From an uncultured virus (IMG/VR IMGVR_UViG_3300037087_000757) (Duplodnaviria; Heunggongvirae; Uroviricota; Caudoviricetes): a stretch of DNA of 20,000 nt. The position numbers were made by a program, and so were the translations under genes. Where the stretch lies: IMG/VR virus record IMGVR_UViG_3300037087_000757; one strand, given 5' to 3'. Of this stretch, positions 17,008 through 20,000 are shown piece after piece. The notes beneath the pieces are model-generated. The model had not been told where the DNA came from. It did no database searches and saw only the letters and a list, made by a program, of their open reading frames with translations. Positions within the stretch are counted from its first letter, which is position 1; each line of letters begins with the position of its first letter.

Positions 17008-17634
17008 TTAAAAATCAGCATCACGATAATGACAGACAATATATTCTGGCATTTTTTCCAGTTTCTTGAACTTAGTTCCCAATGAATTCAGTTTCATAAT
17101 AAACATAAAATCATGTCCATAACCAATACTCCATTTAAGATCCTTTTTCATTAAAATAGGATGTTTATGTGACACAGAAGATGTGCCAATACTTCCATAT
17201 CTTGGTTCAACAACTCTGGTATGTAATTTGGAAAATTCTTTATTCATAATCATATAATCATCATAATAACACCAATCTAAAAATGGTTCTGATTCCATCT
17301 GATCATGAATTATTTGTAAATGATTCTTACCGAACACATCATCACTATCAAGGTATGTGATAATATCACCAGTAGACATTTGAAGAGCGACATTTCTCAT
17401 TTCCCCAGAGTATGGTGGTTGTTTCGGAATGGGAATTATCTTGATGTTTGGATATTGAGTAAAATTATCATGAAAAAGTTGCATAGTTAAGGGACATCCA
17501 TCGGCAACAATTATCAACTCTTTATTTTGAAATGTTTGGTTTATAAAGGATTTAACAGCTCTCACGAACTTTGGTCCCTGATTTGACTTATTGGGCATTT
17601 GGAGATATGATGCCATTATTACACTAATCTTCAT
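17008..17634 (-). CDS. Glycosyltransferase family 2 (GT-A fold)
   Basis: KISVIMASY, SFINQTFQNKELIIVADG, RNVALQMSTGDIITYLDSDD (DxD), GHDFMF. Confidence 0.92.
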   Translation of the reverse strand: MKISVIMASYLQMPNKSNQGPKFVRAVKSFINQTFQNKELIIVADGCPLTMQLFHDNFTQYPNIKIIPIPKQPPYSGEMRNVALQMSTGDIITYLDSDDVFGKNHLQIIHDQMESEPFLDWCYYDDYMIMNKEFSKLHTRVVEPRYGSIGTSSVSHKHPILMKKDLKWSIGYGHDFMFIMKLNSLGTKFKKLEKMPEYIVCHYRDADF

Positions 17635-17735
17635 TCATAGTATTCTTATTTTTTAAATCAACAGATTTTTTCAATTCCTTGAATGTTTTATAATTTCTAT
17701 ATTCATATTTTAATCTATAACCAGTTTGAAACCAA

Positions 17736-17999
17736 CTAATATTGAAACCTCTTTGAAATATATTCAATGAACAAAATTTTTAAATCCTGATAATTCTTAT
17801 CAATATGCTTTAATATCTGAAATTCACCTCCACCAGTAGATTCACTTAAATATCCAGTTTTACTCAATACTTTTCGATAAACATCAATTGATTTAAAATT
17901 ACCAATATTATTTTTCATGTCTTTTCTGTATATAAGAGATCCAACATTTGATTTATTTATATAATTCACTATTGCTGACCAAACACTAAATTTTTTCAT
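17736..17999 (-). CDS. Hypothetical protein, winged-helix-like; paralog of the adjacent gene
   Basis: Shares W..[IL]V.YINK.N[VI]G, S[IV]D..R..L...GYL and ILKHID with 17986..18294. Confidence 0.7.
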   Translation of the reverse strand: MKKFSVWSAIVNYINKSNVGSLIYRKDMKNNIGNFKSIDVYRKVLSKTGYLSESTGGGEFQILKHIDKNYQDLKILFIEYISKRFQY

Positions 18000-18294
18000 T
18001 TAATATTGTATTTAATTTTTCTAATCTTTCACAATTTATCCTATATTCTTGATTATAAGATCTTTTTTTTATTTCATTGGATGTTAGTTTAATATCAATA
18101 TGTTTCAATATTTTATATTGTCCAATTTTTATTCTTTCCAAATATCCACAGTTCATTAACCAGTTTCGTTGATTATCAACAGATGTGTTCTGATTTGTTT
18201 TGCTGTTAGTTGCAGAAATCAATTCCCCTCTGAAAATAATATCCCCGATGTTTTTCTTATTTATATATTCGACAAGAGTGTCCCATTTATTCAT
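17986..18294 (-). CDS. Hypothetical protein, winged-helix-like; paralog of the adjacent gene
   Basis: Start re-assigned to the ATG at 18294 (MNKWDTL) by alignment to the paralog. Confidence 0.7.
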   Translation of the reverse strand: MNKWDTLVEYINKKNIGDIIFRGELISATNSKTNQNTSVDNQRNWLMNCGYLERIKIGQYKILKHIDIKLTSNEIKKRSYNQEYRINCERLEKLNTILNEKI

Positions 18295-18375
18295 GTCGTA
18301 TATACTTTCCGATAATAAATTTGTTGTAATTTTTTTTATCCAAAGAATTGTTTTATTTTTAATGAAAATCATAAT

Positions 18376-18543
18376 ATGAAATTAAATAATCTTGCCAATT
18401 TCAGCAATGGTAATGAGGATAAGCCTTTTTTGAATGTTGGAAATTTAAGTAGGTTTGTAAGATGGACCAATGGGTGGGTGAATATGCCAATTTATAGACT
18501 TGATAATATAAGGATCAATAAATTATATGAAATAGAGAATTAA
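18376..18543 (+). CDS. Small hypothetical protein, 55 aa (not in ORF track)
   Basis: Manually translated as MKLNNLANFS...DNIRINKLYEIEN*; preceded by a degenerate promoter copy (TTTTTTTATC...TATTTTTA, 18331-18361). Confidence 0.55.
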   Translation: MKLNNLANFSNGNEDKPFLNVGNLSRFVRWTNGWVNMPIYRLDNIRINKLYEIEN

Positions 18544-18577
18544 TTTTTTTATTTCATTGAATTGTCTTATCTTTGTA
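18542..18577 (+). promoter_or_regulatory. Bacteroidota-type (early) promoter, copy 3
   Basis: AATTTTTTTATTTCA-N11-TATCTTTGTA; TAnnTTTG at 18568-18575; ATG at 18594. Confidence 0.75.
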
Positions 18578-18593
18578 CATTGATATTCGAAAA

Positions 18594-18875
18594 ATGAAAG
18601 AGAATACTCTTCTTATATGTTTACCATCAGGTGATAAAAATTGGAGTTTACAACTTTATAAATCTTCGTGGGAAAAACATAATCATCTAAAAATAATAGT
18701 TTCGAATGTAATGATGAGTGAAAGAGCTATTTATAAAATACTTGGTCTTTTTATTCAAGGTGATTCGAGAGAATGGACAATGGTTGAAATGTGGTCTAAT
18801 AACGAATCTCTCTTTCTTGAATTTTGTGAACACGTGAGTAAAATATTGGAATTACCATTAGAATTTGAAAATTAA
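18594..18875 (+). CDS. Hypothetical protein, 93 aa
   Basis: The track start at 18573 is a TTG inside the promoter box; the ATG at 18594 matches the spacing of the other promoter copies. Confidence 0.7.
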   Translation: MKENTLLICLPSGDKNWSLQLYKSSWEKHNHLKIIVSNVMMSERAIYKILGLFIQGDSREWTMVEMWSNNESLFLEFCEHVSKILELPLEFEN

Positions 18876-18887
18876 AAAATTCATAAA

Positions 18888-19037
18888 ATGCCATTTGAAA
18901 ATTGCTCAGAATCGGTAAAAGAACACATTCGTCAACTATATCTCAATGGTATGACCAAAGACGAAATTTATAAAAAATTATATTGGTTCGAAAAAGAACT
19001 AATTGATTTCGTATTGGATGAATTAACAAAAAAATAG
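18888..19037 (+). CDS. Small HTH-like protein, 49 aa (not in ORF track)
   Basis: Manually translated as MPFENCSESVKEHIRQLYLNGMTKDEIYKKL...ELTKK*; fills the gap between its neighbours. Confidence 0.65.
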   Translation: MPFENCSESVKEHIRQLYLNGMTKDEIYKKLYWFEKELIDFVLDELTKK

Positions 19038-19042
19038 GACAT

Positions 19043-19588
19043 ATGAAATACTATATTGATTGTGTATCTGGTTATTCTTTCCTCGTGAATTCTTTCCGAA
19101 CTCATGATAAAAAAGAATTTTTTATTAATAAATTTGAAGATTGTTTCATCAATGGATGTGTTAAAAGCCAGTGTGGTCGAAACATTATCGAATTTCAGGT
19201 CGTTTTGAAGAATATTTCAGATACGATGAAAAGTATTGATGAAAAAGATATTTCTTATCATACTTTAAGATCTATCCTCGATTTGACTTTGAAAGGAATA
19301 GCTGAAATTCCCGGTAACTGTGCGGACGATTCGGATCATTACAAACCAGAAGAACCTGAATATGAATTGGCTTATTGTCCATTTTGTTTACAAATGACCA
19401 ATCATTTGAATAATATTTGTCAAAAACACAAAGATGAAAGTGAAGAAGGAAGTGAAGAATTGAGAAAAGAAAGAATTTGGGTTCTTGAAGAAATTGAAAA
19501 ATGTTTACCAAAAAATCAAATGATCAATCCTCAGGATGGAATAAGAATTATAAATAGAATATCAAAGAAAAATGAAAACAACAAGTGA
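19043..19588 (+). CDS. Hypothetical protein, 181 aa, with CPFC...H....C..H cluster
   Basis: ORF track; possible small zinc site. Confidence 0.7.
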   Translation: MKYYIDCVSGYSFLVNSFRTHDKKEFFINKFEDCFINGCVKSQCGRNIIEFQVVLKNISDTMKSIDEKDISYHTLRSILDLTLKGIAEIPGNCADDSDHYKPEEPEYELAYCPFCLQMTNHLNNICQKHKDESEEGSEELRKERIWVLEEIEKCLPKNQMINPQDGIRIINRISKKNENNK

Positions 19589-20000
19589 CAATAAAGAAGT
19601 TCCTGACAGGTGTTGGTACTATCTTCTGGATTGGAATGACATTAAGGGTAAAGAAATAATGTTGGATAAATTTTCCAAAGAAAGATTGATGGATTTGACA
19701 GAAAAAGAATTTTGGGAACTTTTTGAAATATCAACAAATACAGATCTTAAAAAAATAATTGTTACTCGAATCCAAAGTGATTCTCTAATTGAAACTTGTG
19801 GTGGATGTCCTATGGTTTGGGAAGGAAAAACATCTGACGATAAACCAATTTACATCATGTTGAGATGGGGACATTTAAGGGTTGAGAGTGATGATGTTTC
19901 ATTATTCAGTGGTAATCCAGATCATGATGGAGTAATGGGAAAGAGTGAAATGATTGAGTTTGTAACAAAAGAAAGTCAAGGAAAAATTATTTTCATATGA
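19572..20000 (+). CDS. Hypothetical protein, 142 aa
   Basis: TCGGCP..WEG......YI.LRWG.L pattern; ends with TGA at the window end. Confidence 0.7.
   Translation: MKTTSDNKEVPDRCWYYLLDWNDIKGKEIMLDKFSKERLMDLTEKEFWELFEISTNTDLKKIIVTRIQSDSLIETCGGCPMVWEGKTSDDKPIYIMLRWGHLRVESDDVSLFSGNPDHDGVMGKSEMIEFVTKESQGKIIFI

Noticed and set aside
17627..17767. Possible TTG-started ORF of about 47 aa on the minus strand (LNIFQRGFNISWFQTGY...)
   Set aside because: It is short, has no ATG start, overlaps both neighbours and has no recognisable motif, so it cannot be supported.
460..19511. Track ORFs 460..660, 1584..1796, 2135..2326, 3672..3911, 4343..4624, 4735..4965, 4913..5107, 6052..6309, 6128..6346, 10804..11004, 14281..14526, 16552..16833 and 19272..19511
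   Set aside because: They are antisense or out-of-frame shadows of better-supported genes, with atypical composition.
1..20000. Stop-codon reassignment, as seen in some large phages
   Set aside because: Long genes are intact in code 11, and TAG/TGA end genes at sensible junctions (e.g. 7477, 8172, 12900, 19037).
1..20000. CRISPR array, rRNA, IS element or integrase
   Set aside because: No regularly spaced repeats, RNA-gene signatures or transposase/recombinase motifs were seen.

Overview
AT-rich, gene-dense 20 kb segment that looks like part of a large (probably jumbo) tailed phage with a T4-like contractile-tail baseplate. The host is inferred to be Bacteroidota: three near-identical promoters carry the TAnnTTTG -7 box, and genes lack Shine-Dalgarno sites and have A-rich leaders. 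The window holds (i) a minus-strand late/structural block with a gp6-like baseplate wedge, an 885-aa putative virion protein and three small proteins starting with a T4 capsid-targeting-like peptide, mostly preceded by a TTAATATATA motif; (ii) an Arr-like ADP-ribosyltransferase with a similar N-terminal peptide; (iii) an ACC-deaminase-like PLP enzyme clustered with a large atypical amino-DNA-methyltransferase-like protein (candidate DNA-modification module); (iv) an ABC ATPase, a zinc-ribbon/Vsr-like endonuclease, a beta-class DNA methyltransferase, a GT2 glycosyltransferase and many small hypothetical early genes; (v) a small structured intergenic element and a frameshift-split ORF. No tRNA, rRNA or CRISPR array was seen, and the standard genetic code fits. 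All functional calls come from motifs read by eye, without database searches.
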